A stretch of DNA of 64,000 nucleotides from a virus. The translations under genes and the position numbers were made by a program. A model generated the notes under the pieces. It did not search any database, had not been told where the DNA came from, and saw only the letters and a list, made by a program, of their open reading frames with translations. The stretch lies in the IMG/VR virus record IMGVR_UViG_3300042923_001459, positions 44,592 to 108,591 of that record; one strand, written 5' to 3'. Each line of letters opens with the position of its first letter. Positions within the stretch are counted from its first letter, which is position 1. This document shows, one piece after another, positions 21,040 through 30,114 of this stretch.

Positions 21040-21247
21040 CTCATCTCCTATCTAGATTGATTATTATTTAGTTTTCTGGGTCTATCTGATGAAGGTTTTA
21101 TTATGTCTTCAGATATTTTATATGTTTTCTATTTAATTTGATTTCTATTTGGTTCTTTAGTTGCGGGAGAAAGGAAAAGAGGACTCCTATTGGAGCCCTC
21201 GCCTGTTGATTCCATTCTGCTATCTATAGATAGTTCTATAGGAATTC

Positions 21248-21880
21248 TTATTGGATTACCCTGCGAGCGTTTACAAATTTATTTCTCCAGTACGAACCTG
21301 AAGCGAAAGTAATGTAATTGATTTTGGCTGTAGGATTATTTGTATGAAGCATTATATCCTTGTCAATATACATTCCTACGTGGTTGATTACTCCATCACC
21401 ATTTGTGTCAAAAAATAGTAAATCTCCCGTACGTAATTCATCAAGCTCTACTACTTGACCATAAACTGCTTGACGACGACTATCCCATGGGAGTTGTATT
21501 CCGATAGCTTTATCAAAACACCATTGCATTAGATCAGAACAATCGAAATCATTGTCGTTTGTTCTGCTTGAGCCATAAACATAAGGAGTGTTGATAATAT
21601 TTCCATCAGCATCTCTTCTATTCATGTAAAACTCAATTTTAGCTATTACTAATTTTGCTTTTTCTAACCATTCCGGAATAAATTCCTCCACGTATTGTGA
21701 TAATGAAGTAATGTAACCAACCGTTCCGTCCATCAATTTAGCATAATAGAAAGTTTTTCCTTCTACGTTGCTTAAAACTTGTAATTCTGTGCCTGCAGGG
21801 AGTGTTTTAATAACATTATTCGCAACTACTGGGTCTTTTCTAAAGTTGACTGAAGTTTTTGTGCGTATAAATTTTTCCAT
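21248..21880 (-). CDS. SH3b + NlpC/P60 cell-wall peptidase
   Basis: VNFRKDP..GYIT SH3b; PYVYG..FDCSD, GDLLFF, HVGMY, MLH. Confidence 0.9.
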   Translation of the reverse strand: MEKFIRTKTSVNFRKDPVVANNVIKTLPAGTELQVLSNVEGKTFYYAKLMDGTVGYITSLSQYVEEFIPEWLEKAKLVIAKIEFYMNRRDADGNIINTPYVYGSSRTNDNDFDCSDLMQWCFDKAIGIQLPWDSRRQAVYGQVVELDELRTGDLLFFDTNGDGVINHVGMYIDKDIMLHTNNPTAKINYITFASGSYWRNKFVNARRVIQ

Positions 21881-21980
21881 AAGAATTCCCCCGTACTATC
21901 ATATTAAGGACATTATTAGTATCCTCATAATAAAAGTACAACTAGTACTTTTTATGATAATAAGAGGGAATTGTTAAATA

Positions 21981-22463
21981 TTACCAATTTATTTTTTTTA
22001 ATTGTTTAAGTTTATCAAAATGTTTTTCTATGTCTGAAAGTTTTACATCCTTCTTTACGATAATTCCATTTATCTTTAAAAAGGCTGTTCTTTCTCCATA
22101 GAGCGGAAATTCTTCATAAGCTTCAAATTCTATAGCAAACGACTGATCAAATATTACAATTACTGTTTCGCGAAATTCACTTTCATTATTATTAAATAAA
22201 AATTCCACTAAACCGGGAACCATTTTATCCAACTCATCCTTAACGCTGTATTCACACCATGTTGTTTCATAAGCTAATTGAAAGTTCATTTTATTAAGAG
22301 CTATCAGTATTTCTTTGATATTCTCTGGGTGCGGTTCTGATTTTGTTCTAAAGTACGAAACACGTCCATATAACGGGTAATATTTGAAATCATAGCTTTT
22401 TATGAATTCTTCTCCGCTAGTTCTTATTAACTTTAACATCTTTATCCTACCTTTCATGGTCAT
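21981..22463 (-). CDS. Hypothetical protein
   Basis: Last gene of tightly coupled operon; probable start MLKLIRTS. Confidence 0.65.
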   Translation of the reverse strand: MTMKGRIKMLKLIRTSGEEFIKSYDFKYYPLYGRVSYFRTKSEPHPENIKEILIALNKMNFQLAYETTWCEYSVKDELDKMVPGLVEFLFNNNESEFRETVIVIFDQSFAIEFEAYEEFPLYGERTAFLKINGIIVKKDVKLSDIEKHFDKLKQLKKINW

Positions 22464-22890
22464 AGATAGCTGGTTGCATATCTATAAGGAATTGTTGTAG
22501 ATGATCTGGACTATCTATAGATACTTCTATAAATCTTTCTCCCTGCTTACCGTCAAATGTGACCTTTCTTTTGTAATTCTTTAGTGGCGCGTATCTACTT
22601 GTGTTTAATTTAAAAGCTTTTTCATCTATTTCTGCAACTATTTCCTTTGTGAGCATATTATGTTTAAATCTGATGATTGTTTTCATTTGAAAACTAAATC
22701 GATTTTCCCTTATGTATTTTCTTATGCAGTATGTGTGCTTAAAGGAATTTACCGATGCTCTTTCAACTTTTGGTTTGTAATGGAATTTATCTGCCAGTCC
22801 TGCTAATTCATTAAGTATGAAAAATGCATCTATGGTTTCTTCCACCATTGTTCTTTTGGGATGTGTTTCTGTTATCATTCCTTTAGCCAC
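22447..22890 (-). CDS. Shared-helix family protein
   Basis: EETIDAFFILNELAG. Confidence 0.7.
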   Translation of the reverse strand: MAKGMITETHPKRTMVEETIDAFFILNELAGLADKFHYKPKVERASVNSFKHTYCIRKYIRENRFSFQMKTIIRFKHNMLTKEIVAEIDEKAFKLNTSRYAPLKNYKRKVTFDGKQGERFIEVSIDSPDHLQQFLIDMQPAIYDHER

Positions 22891-23348
22891 CTACTTATAA
22901 TTGGTAAAATTTTCTGCAGATCTTCTATGCTTCTTAGTGTGCACACCATGATTCTTTTTCCCGGTTCCTTATTCTCATTATAAGATACGTCTGGCATAGT
23001 GAATCCAAATTGGGCCAAATCTGGTTCATTTTCAACAACTATACCTAATGGTTCCTCATTTATTAAGCAATCTATCATTGTAATGTACTCTCTGACACTA
23101 AAACCAGCCTGTAGAAAATTACTAAATCCCTCTCCACGTCTGATGCACCAAGAATGAGTATTATCATGTATCAATTGCCCACCGGTAATTTTTATATCTC
23201 TTGTCATAAGTTCAAGTACTCTATATGATTCCATAGTTTCATTGAAGTCTTTAATTAATTTATGATAGCAATTTACGTGAAACTCCCATGCTTCTTTCGA
23301 GCTTATAAAGTCGTTCAATAATGGTTGATCTATATTGTTTTCCATCAT
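22875..23348 (-). CDS. Shared-helix family protein
   Basis: NETMESYRVLELMT. Confidence 0.7.
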   Translation of the reverse strand: MMENNIDQPLLNDFISSKEAWEFHVNCYHKLIKDFNETMESYRVLELMTRDIKITGGQLIHDNTHSWCIRRGEGFSNFLQAGFSVREYITMIDCLINEEPLGIVVENEPDLAQFGFTMPDVSYNENKEPGKRIMVCTLRSIEDLQKILPIISRWLKE

Positions 23349-23364
23349 TTATCCTCCTCATTAT

Positions 23365-23410
23365 ATCCTTATATATATATTATATCACATTCTTTTCATT
23401 TTGTAAACAA
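23365..23410 (-). promoter_or_regulatory. Sigma-A-type promoter (cassette-like variant)
   Basis: Minus strand TTTACA-17-TATAAT with extended -10 TG. Confidence 0.7.
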
Positions 23411-23451
23411 AAAAAGAAGGTTTACCCTTCTTTATCTAGGAATTGTTGATA

Positions 23452-23859
23452 TTAAATAATTTTGTCTATCACGCTTAAAAATATTTCAAATGATTTTGCA
23501 TCATACAACGTCCATATAACTGTGTTTCCAGCTACAGATATTTCGCTTTTACTATGTACATCGTAAATAGTTCGCGGAGTTATGTCATATTGTGTGTGCA
23601 TTTTTAGATCTTGATATTCTCTACTTGTCAGTAACTCATGCTCCATATAAATTCCATTTCTACTAACTACAATTTTTTGATCTTCCTCATATACAGAAAT
23701 GTCGTAAACTGTTCCACCTTTTTTTCTATGCAATGTGAATTTACCAATTTTTTTATCTGAAAGTACCTTTACCTCAACTGGGAATGGTTTGGTATCAGTA
23801 AGACATTTCATCACTATATAATTATCAAGTATTTCGTTAATTTCTTCAATTAATGTCAT
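23452..23859 (-). CDS. Shared-helix family protein
   Basis: NEILDNYIVMKCLT. Confidence 0.7.
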   Translation of the reverse strand: MTLIEEINEILDNYIVMKCLTDTKPFPVEVKVLSDKKIGKFTLHRKKGGTVYDISVYEEDQKIVVSRNGIYMEHELLTSREYQDLKMHTQYDITPRTIYDVHSKSEISVAGNTVIWTLYDAKSFEIFLSVIDKII

Positions 23860-24248
23860 CTAAAGACCACCCATTCCTTCATAATCTGATTTAAGAATAT
23901 TGGAAGATGTTTTTCAGAAATATGAATTCTTATTGTCCTGCGTCCAACGCTGTAAGTATCATATTCCATTTTTCCAAAATGTTCATAATCACTTTCTATA
24001 ATCATCCCAACTTCGTTTTCATTAAATTGTGCGATATAACCCAACGTATCATATCTATAAAATACTCTTAAGGTGTATTCAAACGATTTTCTACCTTTTA
24101 CATAATACGAAATCATGCAGCCTTGCGCATCACGCCACACATCTAATGCAAAAATACATCTACCTGTTAATTCCTTCATAACTATGAAACTTTCCATAGT
24201 ATCGTGTAATTCTTGCATTATTAGGTTATCATTTAACAATACACTCAT
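23856..24248 (-). CDS. Shared-helix family protein
   Basis: HDTMESFIVMKELTG. Confidence 0.7.
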   Translation of the reverse strand: MSVLLNDNLIMQELHDTMESFIVMKELTGRCIFALDVWRDAQGCMISYYVKGRKSFEYTLRVFYRYDTLGYIAQFNENEVGMIIESDYEHFGKMEYDTYSVGRRTIRIHISEKHLPIFLNQIMKEWVVFR

Positions 24249-24676
24249 GACATTTCCTCAATTGAAAAAGAATCAATTTTTGACAATACATCATGAAACA
24301 TTTCAAACATTCTATCTATATCTTTAGGTGTTACAGCTTCTTCGAACAGACCATACTTATCGCCTATATATTTTCTGAAATCTTGATTTTGACCGCAAGA
24401 CCAAATCCTTGTAATTTTGTCAAATGACCAATCATCATTGTAAAGTACTAACATATTAATTTGTAAAAGATTTTCAAATTCTCTACAATAAAATGATATG
24501 CAATCCCTAAAAAAACTATCTGAATGAGAAACCGCTACTTCCCAATCTGCCATTTGTGCAGTAACCAACAAGATTTCCAACTTATCAACGAAATCATTAA
24601 GTGGTATTTTACTAGTGCTTAAATGATCATATTTTATAGGAGTCCATGTTCTATCAACTTCATATTCATAACTCAT
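24245..24676 (-). CDS. Shared-helix family protein (divergent)
   Basis: VDKLEILLVTAQMAD. Confidence 0.65.
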   Translation of the reverse strand: MSYEYEVDRTWTPIKYDHLSTSKIPLNDFVDKLEILLVTAQMADWEVAVSHSDSFFRDCISFYCREFENLLQINMLVLYNDDWSFDKITRIWSCGQNQDFRKYIGDKYGLFEEAVTPKDIDRMFEMFHDVLSKIDSFSIEEMS

Positions 24677-24688
24677 AACTAAACCCCT

Positions 24689-25177
24689 TCACCGAATGTA
24701 TTTCATGATTTTTGAAATTAATTCCATTAGTTGATCAAAATTCTCAAAGCTTACCGATAATCTCTTTAGACCCTTAACATTAGTAAATGTATGATTTTCT
24801 CTAGTAATATTTATCCAGTTGTATTCACTGAATTTATTTTCAATACTAACGCCAATTTTTCTTTCATCTATTGAAAAATTAAGAATCCCTGCATGTACCT
24901 CTATCATTATAAAGTAAGAACTTAACATTGGTGTCATTGATCCATTATTATAAATCATCCATCTTTTCATCATTGCACTCTTATCCTTGCGTATATAAAG
25001 TAGCTTCTGAGTTGATAGCGCTCGGTTTACGTTGAGGGCATCCAAAAGTTCATCAATTTGTTCTTCCAATGTGACCCTCTCATTTCTGCTTATTTTTAAT
25101 TTGAATGAAGGTACTTTGCCATTTTTCCATTGTCCCATTTTCCCCACTCTCCCAGCCGAAGGCTCGGGGCTCGGCAC
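24689..25177 (-). CDS. Shared-helix family protein (start uncertain)
   Basis: DELLDALNVNRALS. Confidence 0.6.
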   Translation of the reverse strand: MPSPEPSAGRVGKMGQWKNGKVPSFKLKISRNERVTLEEQIDELLDALNVNRALSTQKLLYIRKDKSAMMKRWMIYNNGSMTPMLSSYFIMIEVHAGILNFSIDERKIGVSIENKFSEYNWINITRENHTFTNVKGLKRLSVSFENFDQLMELISKIMKYIR

Positions 25178-25258
25178 TCACGAATCTATCTTCAAGCTCT
25201 CTGTAGAATTCCCTATAGTATTAAAACATTATGTTACATATTTATTATACTAAGTTTC

Positions 25259-25675
25259 TTACAACAAATAGAGAGGTTGAACTTTGACTAGAATGTCGTA
25301 CACATCGCTAGGCTTATTTAGTTCGAAGAGGAATTCCCGTTCAAATCTCTCTAAAATCTCACCGATAGAACCAGCATAGTGAGCGTGCTTCCTCCCGCCT
25401 TCAACAAATTTATATCTTTGCTTCAGCCATTCTATATTCTCTTCTCCAACGCTAAACTGGCTTACTTTCGTGTATATGCTACCATTAGGCCGTATGAAAT
25501 CAAAAGACAATGAGTCTCTTTGCCGTGATTTTGTCAATCTAATTGAAAAACTATATTTTGAGCTTTTTGGATCTGGGTACTCCGTAATTCTAACTGGTCT
25601 ATTGTCAGTTAGGTTCCATCCTACAATGTAGGTTTCCATTTCCTCTCTAATTTGTGCAATCATGCTTTTAGCCAT
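25259..25675 (-). CDS. Shared-helix family protein
   Basis: REEMETYIVGWNLTD. Confidence 0.7.
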   Translation of the reverse strand: MAKSMIAQIREEMETYIVGWNLTDNRPVRITEYPDPKSSKYSFSIRLTKSRQRDSLSFDFIRPNGSIYTKVSQFSVGEENIEWLKQRYKFVEGGRKHAHYAGSIGEILERFEREFLFELNKPSDVYDILVKVQPLYLL

Positions 25676-26151
25676 TACAACTTCTCCACCCTTAGGAAAA
25701 TTTTAAAGAATTCTCTTATTTCATTAGGATCTTCAATCTTCATGAAGAAATCTCTATAGCCAGGTTTTTGTGATTGTCTATTGACTCTAAGATTAGCTTT
25801 ATTCATGATTGCTCTACATTTAGTTTTTAGGTTGATGCCAAAATGATCTTCTATTAGCCATAATTCTGATTCTACTCCATAGCGGTATCTATTCACCCTA
25901 ATTTTCATGCAAGCTTGCCAATTTTGATAATATGATGGATGAGAACCTATGTAGTATGTTGAATCCTTCTGGTCTCCATGAATGTCACTTTTTGTCCAAC
26001 AAACTTTCCCTTTCAAACCAGAAAGTTCTCTCAAAACATTTATTGAATCTACTTCTTCTTGTATGACTAATTCTAAGTTTGCACGCAATTCTCGTGTTTG
26101 TAGAATGTACTTATCTAGCTCTTCTGGTGTCACCTTATTCACCTCATACAT
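25675..26151 (-). CDS. Shared-helix family protein
   Basis: QEEVDSINVLRELSG. Confidence 0.7.
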   Translation of the reverse strand: MYEVNKVTPEELDKYILQTRELRANLELVIQEEVDSINVLRELSGLKGKVCWTKSDIHGDQKDSTYYIGSHPSYYQNWQACMKIRVNRYRYGVESELWLIEDHFGINLKTKCRAIMNKANLRVNRQSQKPGYRDFFMKIEDPNEIREFFKIFLRVEKL

Positions 26152-26220
26152 ATTTTATCCTTTTATCTATTTTATGCAATAAAAAAACCAGTTTTTACAC
26201 TGGTTGATTAATATTTAACA

Positions 26221-26652
26221 TTACTTTCTCAACTTAGGTTCATCTCCAGCATCACAATATGTGCAATTGGATTTATCGCGGTCATATTTCAATGTATAAC
26301 TTTCAGTTATCCCGAAAGCAAGTGGTCCTTTATTTTTCTTTATTGTAAGATTAATTTTGTATCCCGGTAATTCGTTGTCTTCTGATAATTCCTTTGCTAC
26401 AATCAATCCATCAATGTAATCATCAATATGAATCCCTAAATCCATAGCTTCTCCTAAAGCCTTATCCCTACATTTCTCACAAGTTATACCATCATGCGAC
26501 GTTTTATTATGCCATTTACATAGCTTACACATATTAGCCTCATCCCATAGCTTTATATTTGTAAAATCTATTGGTTTTGAACCCAAAATACACCGTATAT
26601 ATTCCTCTTCCCTTGAAAAACTTTCACATGGGTCATTTAATTTCATTTGCAC
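26221..26652 (-). CDS. C4 Zn-finger + shared helix protein
   Basis: CKLC..CEKC; DDYIDGLIVAKELSE. Confidence 0.7.
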   Translation of the reverse strand: MQMKLNDPCESFSREEEYIRCILGSKPIDFTNIKLWDEANMCKLCKWHNKTSHDGITCEKCRDKALGEAMDLGIHIDDYIDGLIVAKELSEDNELPGYKINLTIKKNKGPLAFGITESYTLKYDRDKSNCTYCDAGDEPKLRK

Positions 26653-26857
26653 TTTTCTTCAGCTCCTCAGCTACAACATATGCATCCGTAAAATCCTTCA
26701 GACTTATGTTTGTTACCTTTTCCCATTCCTTAAATATTTCCTCTAGACATTCAGAACATACTGTTGTCGTTGTGTGATCACCAGCCAAACTCGATATAAA
26801 TGCTGTCGTGCAACATTGACAACTATACGCATACCATTTGCCATCGGATTCATTCAT
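26633..26857 (-). CDS. C4 Zn-finger + shared helix protein
   Basis: CQCC..CSEC; KDFTDAYVVAEELK. Confidence 0.7.
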   Translation of the reverse strand: MNESDGKWYAYSCQCCTTAFISSLAGDHTTTTVCSECLEEIFKEWEKVTNISLKDFTDAYVVAEELKKSANEIK

Positions 26858-27050
26858 TTGAAATCTCCCTCATTACGATGTATGCATCTATAAATTCAAA
26901 AATGTTAGTCCTATCGTCAATATCATTTTTATACCATGCTGCTCTTATTTCTGCAAAACATGGCTCGCATAAACTCATTGCCAATTGGCTTTTACAACGC
27001 AATCCCCATACAAATCTTATATTGCAATTTCTACATGTACAAGCATACAT
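26850..27050 (-). CDS. C4 Zn-finger + shared helix protein
   Basis: CRNC..CEPC; FEFIDAYIVMREIS. Confidence 0.7.
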   Translation of the reverse strand: MYACTCRNCNIRFVWGLRCKSQLAMSLCEPCFAEIRAAWYKNDIDDRTNIFEFIDAYIVMREISNE

Positions 27051-27292
27051 TATGATTCACCCAATTCCTCAGTTGCAATATAAGCATCCATGAATTCATC
27101 GTAATCCAACAATTCTCTATTCTCTGCACATGCTTCATACCAAGCTGCTAAAGCATTTTCTTGACATGTTATGCAGATTTTCTTTTCTCGTATTCCCCAA
27201 TCGTATTTTGAAAATTTTTTGCATATCTTACAATCAAACGCTTTTTCCATAATTTTATTTAATTCTTCTATATTTTTCTTTTTATCAATCAT
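27050..27292 (-). CDS. C4 Zn-finger + shared helix protein
   Basis: CKIC..CITC; DEFMDAYIATEELG. Confidence 0.7.
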   Translation of the reverse strand: MIDKKKNIEELNKIMEKAFDCKICKKFSKYDWGIREKKICITCQENALAAWYEACAENRELLDYDEFMDAYIATEELGES

Positions 27293-27639
27293 TTTGCTTC
27301 TATCGACCTACCTTCCGCACCAGACATTTCATTCATAACTTCAATGGCGTCCACCAAATCCTGTATCGTGCTATCACTATACCGCGGATTTGTCGCTATT
27401 ACATTCTCCAGCTCTGCGTAGCAGTCGCGACAAATTTTATTGAGCTTATAGCTTTTCTTATCGCGGAATCCAACTAAGCACCTGCACGTTTTGCATTCTG
27501 GTGGAACTGCACTTTGCAGATGCTCTATCATTTTATCCGTTAAGATTCTTTCAATTTTCTTATGAACTTCCTTTTCGACTCGTCGTTTTTCCTTCCAATC
27601 CACTATCGCATTTCTAATGCGTTTTAACATTTTCCTCAC
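27289..27639 (-). CDS. C4 Zn-finger + shared helix protein
   Basis: CKTC..CRDC; QDLVDAIEVMNEMSG. Confidence 0.7.
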   Translation of the reverse strand: MRKMLKRIRNAIVDWKEKRRVEKEVHKKIERILTDKMIEHLQSAVPPECKTCRCLVGFRDKKSYKLNKICRDCYAELENVIATNPRYSDSTIQDLVDAIEVMNEMSGAEGRSIEAK

Positions 27640-27652
27640 CCGCCAATTGTAT

Positions 27653-27898
27653 TTATTCTGCTAATTCATTCATTGTATCTATTGCATCTACTACATCTAA
27701 AACCGTCATATCAACTTGTGCTTTTTCCAATTCAAATTTGATATTTTTATAACAACTCGTACATGTTTTACACTCCATGTACGCCTTTGCATTTGAATTT
27801 GCCAATCCACCGCATGTCTTACAATTTCCAAGTAGTTGGCGTTTCTTATTTCTTATCTTTTTAGCCTTTAGTTTTTGAAAGAAATTGTCTAATTCCAT
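27653..27898 (-). CDS. C4 Zn-finger + shared helix protein
   Basis: CKTC..CTSC; LDVVDAIDTMNELAE. Confidence 0.7.
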   Translation of the reverse strand: MELDNFFQKLKAKKIRNKKRQLLGNCKTCGGLANSNAKAYMECKTCTSCYKNIKFELEKAQVDMTVLDVVDAIDTMNELAE

Positions 27899-27899
27899 T

Positions 27900-28115
27900 T
27901 TACGACCTCGCCAATTGTCTTATTAGTTTTTTACCTTCAACATATTCTTCTAGACCATACCCATCGCCGGCGATCGAATTTCTAAATTCTTCTTCACACT
28001 TTTTCTTACATTTTTTGCATAACTCTAAATCTAAATCATCTACCAACATGTACCCACATAATTGACAACAACCGTCAATTGTTTTTATCGTATAGCCAGT
28101 CAGATCTATTTTCAT
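27900..28115 (-). CDS. C4 Zn-finger + shared helix protein
   Basis: CQLC..CKKC; EEYVEGKKLIRQLA. Confidence 0.7.
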   Translation of the reverse strand: MKIDLTGYTIKTIDGCCQLCGYMLVDDLDLELCKKCKKKCEEEFRNSIAGDGYGLEEYVEGKKLIRQLARS

Positions 28116-28116
28116 A

Positions 28117-28347
28117 CTAGCAACTCCCTAACATATTAGCTAATTTTTTATTTTCAATATATTCTTCAAAATCAACCTCCGCACCTTCAGCTCTTAAACT
28201 TTTACATTCTATTTGACATTTAGTTGTACAAACCAAACATAAATCAAGGTTTATTACCACAATTGCTCTTTTTTCGCAAAATACACACATATTATGAACC
28301 ATTTCTACTTTTCCGCTAAATGTTATTTTCATACTAACAACTCCCAA
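28117..28347 (-). CDS. C4 Zn-finger + shared helix protein
   Basis: CVFC..CLVC; EEYIENKKLANMLG. Confidence 0.7.
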   Translation of the reverse strand: MGVVSMKITFSGKVEMVHNMCVFCEKRAIVVINLDLCLVCTTKCQIECKSLRAEGAEVDFEEYIENKKLANMLGSC

Positions 28348-28582
28348 GTGCGTTTGCTAATTTTTTATATTCTATGTACTCCCTAATCCCCAGTGCTTCC
28401 CCTTGCCACACTAACTCCTCTATGTCGAATGTCGCTTTTATGTAACAGCTCGTACACAGTTTATGTCCATTTCTCTCATCATACTCCTTACTGCATAACT
28501 CACATCTTATCTTATAATAATGTGCGTTCATTGCTACAAATTCCCACCACGTTTTATTCCCTAACCCTCCGCGAACTGTCAC
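28334..28582 (-). CDS. C4 Zn-finger + shared helix protein
   Basis: CELC..CTSCYIKATFDIE; REYIEYKKLANALG. Confidence 0.7.
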   Translation of the reverse strand: MTVRGGLGNKTWWEFVAMNAHYYKIRCELCSKEYDERNGHKLCTSCYIKATFDIEELVWQGEALGIREYIEYKKLANALGSC

Positions 28583-28903
28583 CTACCATTCCCTCCCTAA
28601 TTCGTTAGCTATTTTCTTATATTCGATATACTCGCTAATCTCCACAACCTCCCCTTGCCATATTAACTTCTCTATGTCGAATGTTGCTTTTATGTAACAA
28701 TTTTCGCATAGTTTGTATATGTTAGTTGGCATCAAATGCTTCTTTCCACATATTTCACACTTGTACTTTTTGTTCAAATAGTCTAATACTTCTTGTTGTA
28801 ACTCCTGTATTTCCTTCGTGGTTGCCATCTTATCCCCCCAAGTGTCAGCGTATTTTACTGTCAACTTTTTGCCTTCAATTTTTTTCCAGAAATTTTTTAA
28901 CAA
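28583..28903 (-). CDS. C4 Zn-finger + shared helix protein (recent paralog of 28334..28582; start may be MATTK)
   Basis: CEIC..CENCYIKATFDIE; SEYIEYKKIANELG. Confidence 0.7.
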   Translation of the reverse strand: MLKNFWKKIEGKKLTVKYADTWGDKMATTKEIQELQQEVLDYLNKKYKCEICGKKHLMPTNIYKLCENCYIKATFDIEKLIWQGEVVEISEYIEYKKIANELGREW

Positions 28904-28951
28904 CCCTTATGTCCAATCCTATTTTTGCTTAATTTTTTCTCTAGAAATTTT

Positions 28952-29065
28952 TTACTGCCCTAATGCCTTACTCATAAACATTACAAATCCTACAAATATG
29001 CCCATTATGCCTGCCAACATTGCCAACCAAAACAGCCCAATAGCCCATAATCGCTTCATATCCAT
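28952..29065 (-). CDS. Small membrane protein (37 aa)
   Basis: Manual translation MDMKRLWAIGLFWLAMLAGIMGIFVGFVMFMSKALGQ, GAGGG RBS. Confidence 0.5.
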   Translation of the reverse strand: MDMKRLWAIGLFWLAMLAGIMGIFVGFVMFMSKALGQ

Positions 29066-29421
29066 TGCCCTCACTGCCCTCTCCCGTTACTCTACTAATA
29101 CTTTGTTTAGTACCAACAACTCCAGAAAAACACCTTAAATTTTACCCGTGATTTAGCGGGTATCTGCCCACCCTCTAGAGGCCCTCTGGGACCTTTCTAG
29201 GCACTTTTACAGCTGATAGGTATACCGCTGCCGCCGTATTACCTTATATATATATTATATCACATTAACGTTCTTTTGTAAACGGTTTGTTTAAAATTTG
29301 TTTAGACTGCTAGACGGTTCAATCGGTTGTCAAGACTTCTGGTTCTGTCCTCAGGTTTTCTATCGCGAGGCCAAAGCTTTTGAGAAGTCTGGGGAAAACC
29401 CTAAGATTCTCCCCAATTCTC

Positions 29422-29637
29422 TTACATCATATCGATTCCGACGAGTTCTACGATAGATTCAATACAACCTGAGTCAATGAATGCATCGAAGTCTCTGTCG
29501 TTCAGGTCTGCTACATCATAGTCATTCAGAATTCGTTTAACTACTTCATCTACCATTTCGTCAGTAAAGTTATCCCATTGTCTGTCAGCTTCTGCTCTTA
29601 TTTCATTTCGGAAATACTTAAGTCTGTTATCATCCAT
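29422..29637 (-). CDS. Cassette hypothetical protein (acidic)
   Basis: Own promoter + AAGGAGG RBS. Confidence 0.75.
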   Translation of the reverse strand: MDDNRLKYFRNEIRAEADRQWDNFTDEMVDEVVKRILNDYDVADLNDRDFDAFIDSGCIESIVELVGIDMM

Positions 29638-29654
29638 TTTGTTTCCTCCTTTGT

Positions 29655-29708
29655 ACTACCTTATAGAATAATTATATCACAAAGGAGTTGAGTTGTAAAC
29701 TGTTTTTA
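29655..29708 (-). promoter_or_regulatory. Representative cassette promoter (A-tract UP element, -35 TTTACA, extended -10 TG-A-TATAAT)
   Basis: Minus: AAAAACAGTTTACA-actcaactcctttGTGA-TATAAT-TATTCTATAAGGTAG. Confidence 0.9.
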
Positions 29709-29725
29709 AATAAAAAAGAGAGAGC

Positions 29726-30010
29726 CTATGCTCCCTCCTCCTTAAAGAGAAATTCAATGAATGGTTCTGCTTCATTTCCAATAGCATCTCGAAAGTAATC
29801 CTTTACATTTTCAACTTCATTCTTTAGCGTTTCAATTGGAAAGTTATTGATTACGTGTGATACATATTGCCAGCCTCTAGGATAGAGATTTTGTTCCGGG
29901 TCGAATAGTTTGTCCGGATTCTGTTGTATGTAGTTTACTACCTTTTGATTTACTGCGCCAGTCTTTCCATACTCTATCCAGTCCTTTACATCGACACTAA
30001 ACATTGCCAT
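29726..30010 (-). CDS. Cassette protein resembling an isolated AAA+ lid segment
   Basis: DWIEY..VVNYI..NPD.L...YPRGWQYVS resembles the PR(S/G)W sensor-2/lid region. Confidence 0.5.
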   Translation of the reverse strand: MAMFSVDVKDWIEYGKTGAVNQKVVNYIQQNPDKLFDPEQNLYPRGWQYVSHVINNFPIETLKNEVENVKDYFRDAIGNEAEPFIEFLFKEEGA

Positions 30011-30114
30011 TTTGTTTCCCCCTTCATTATTACCTTATAGATTTATTATATCACAATTGTTTGCTTGTGTAAACTGTTTTTTAAATGAAGAAAGGAGAGC
30101 AATTAAGCTCTCCT

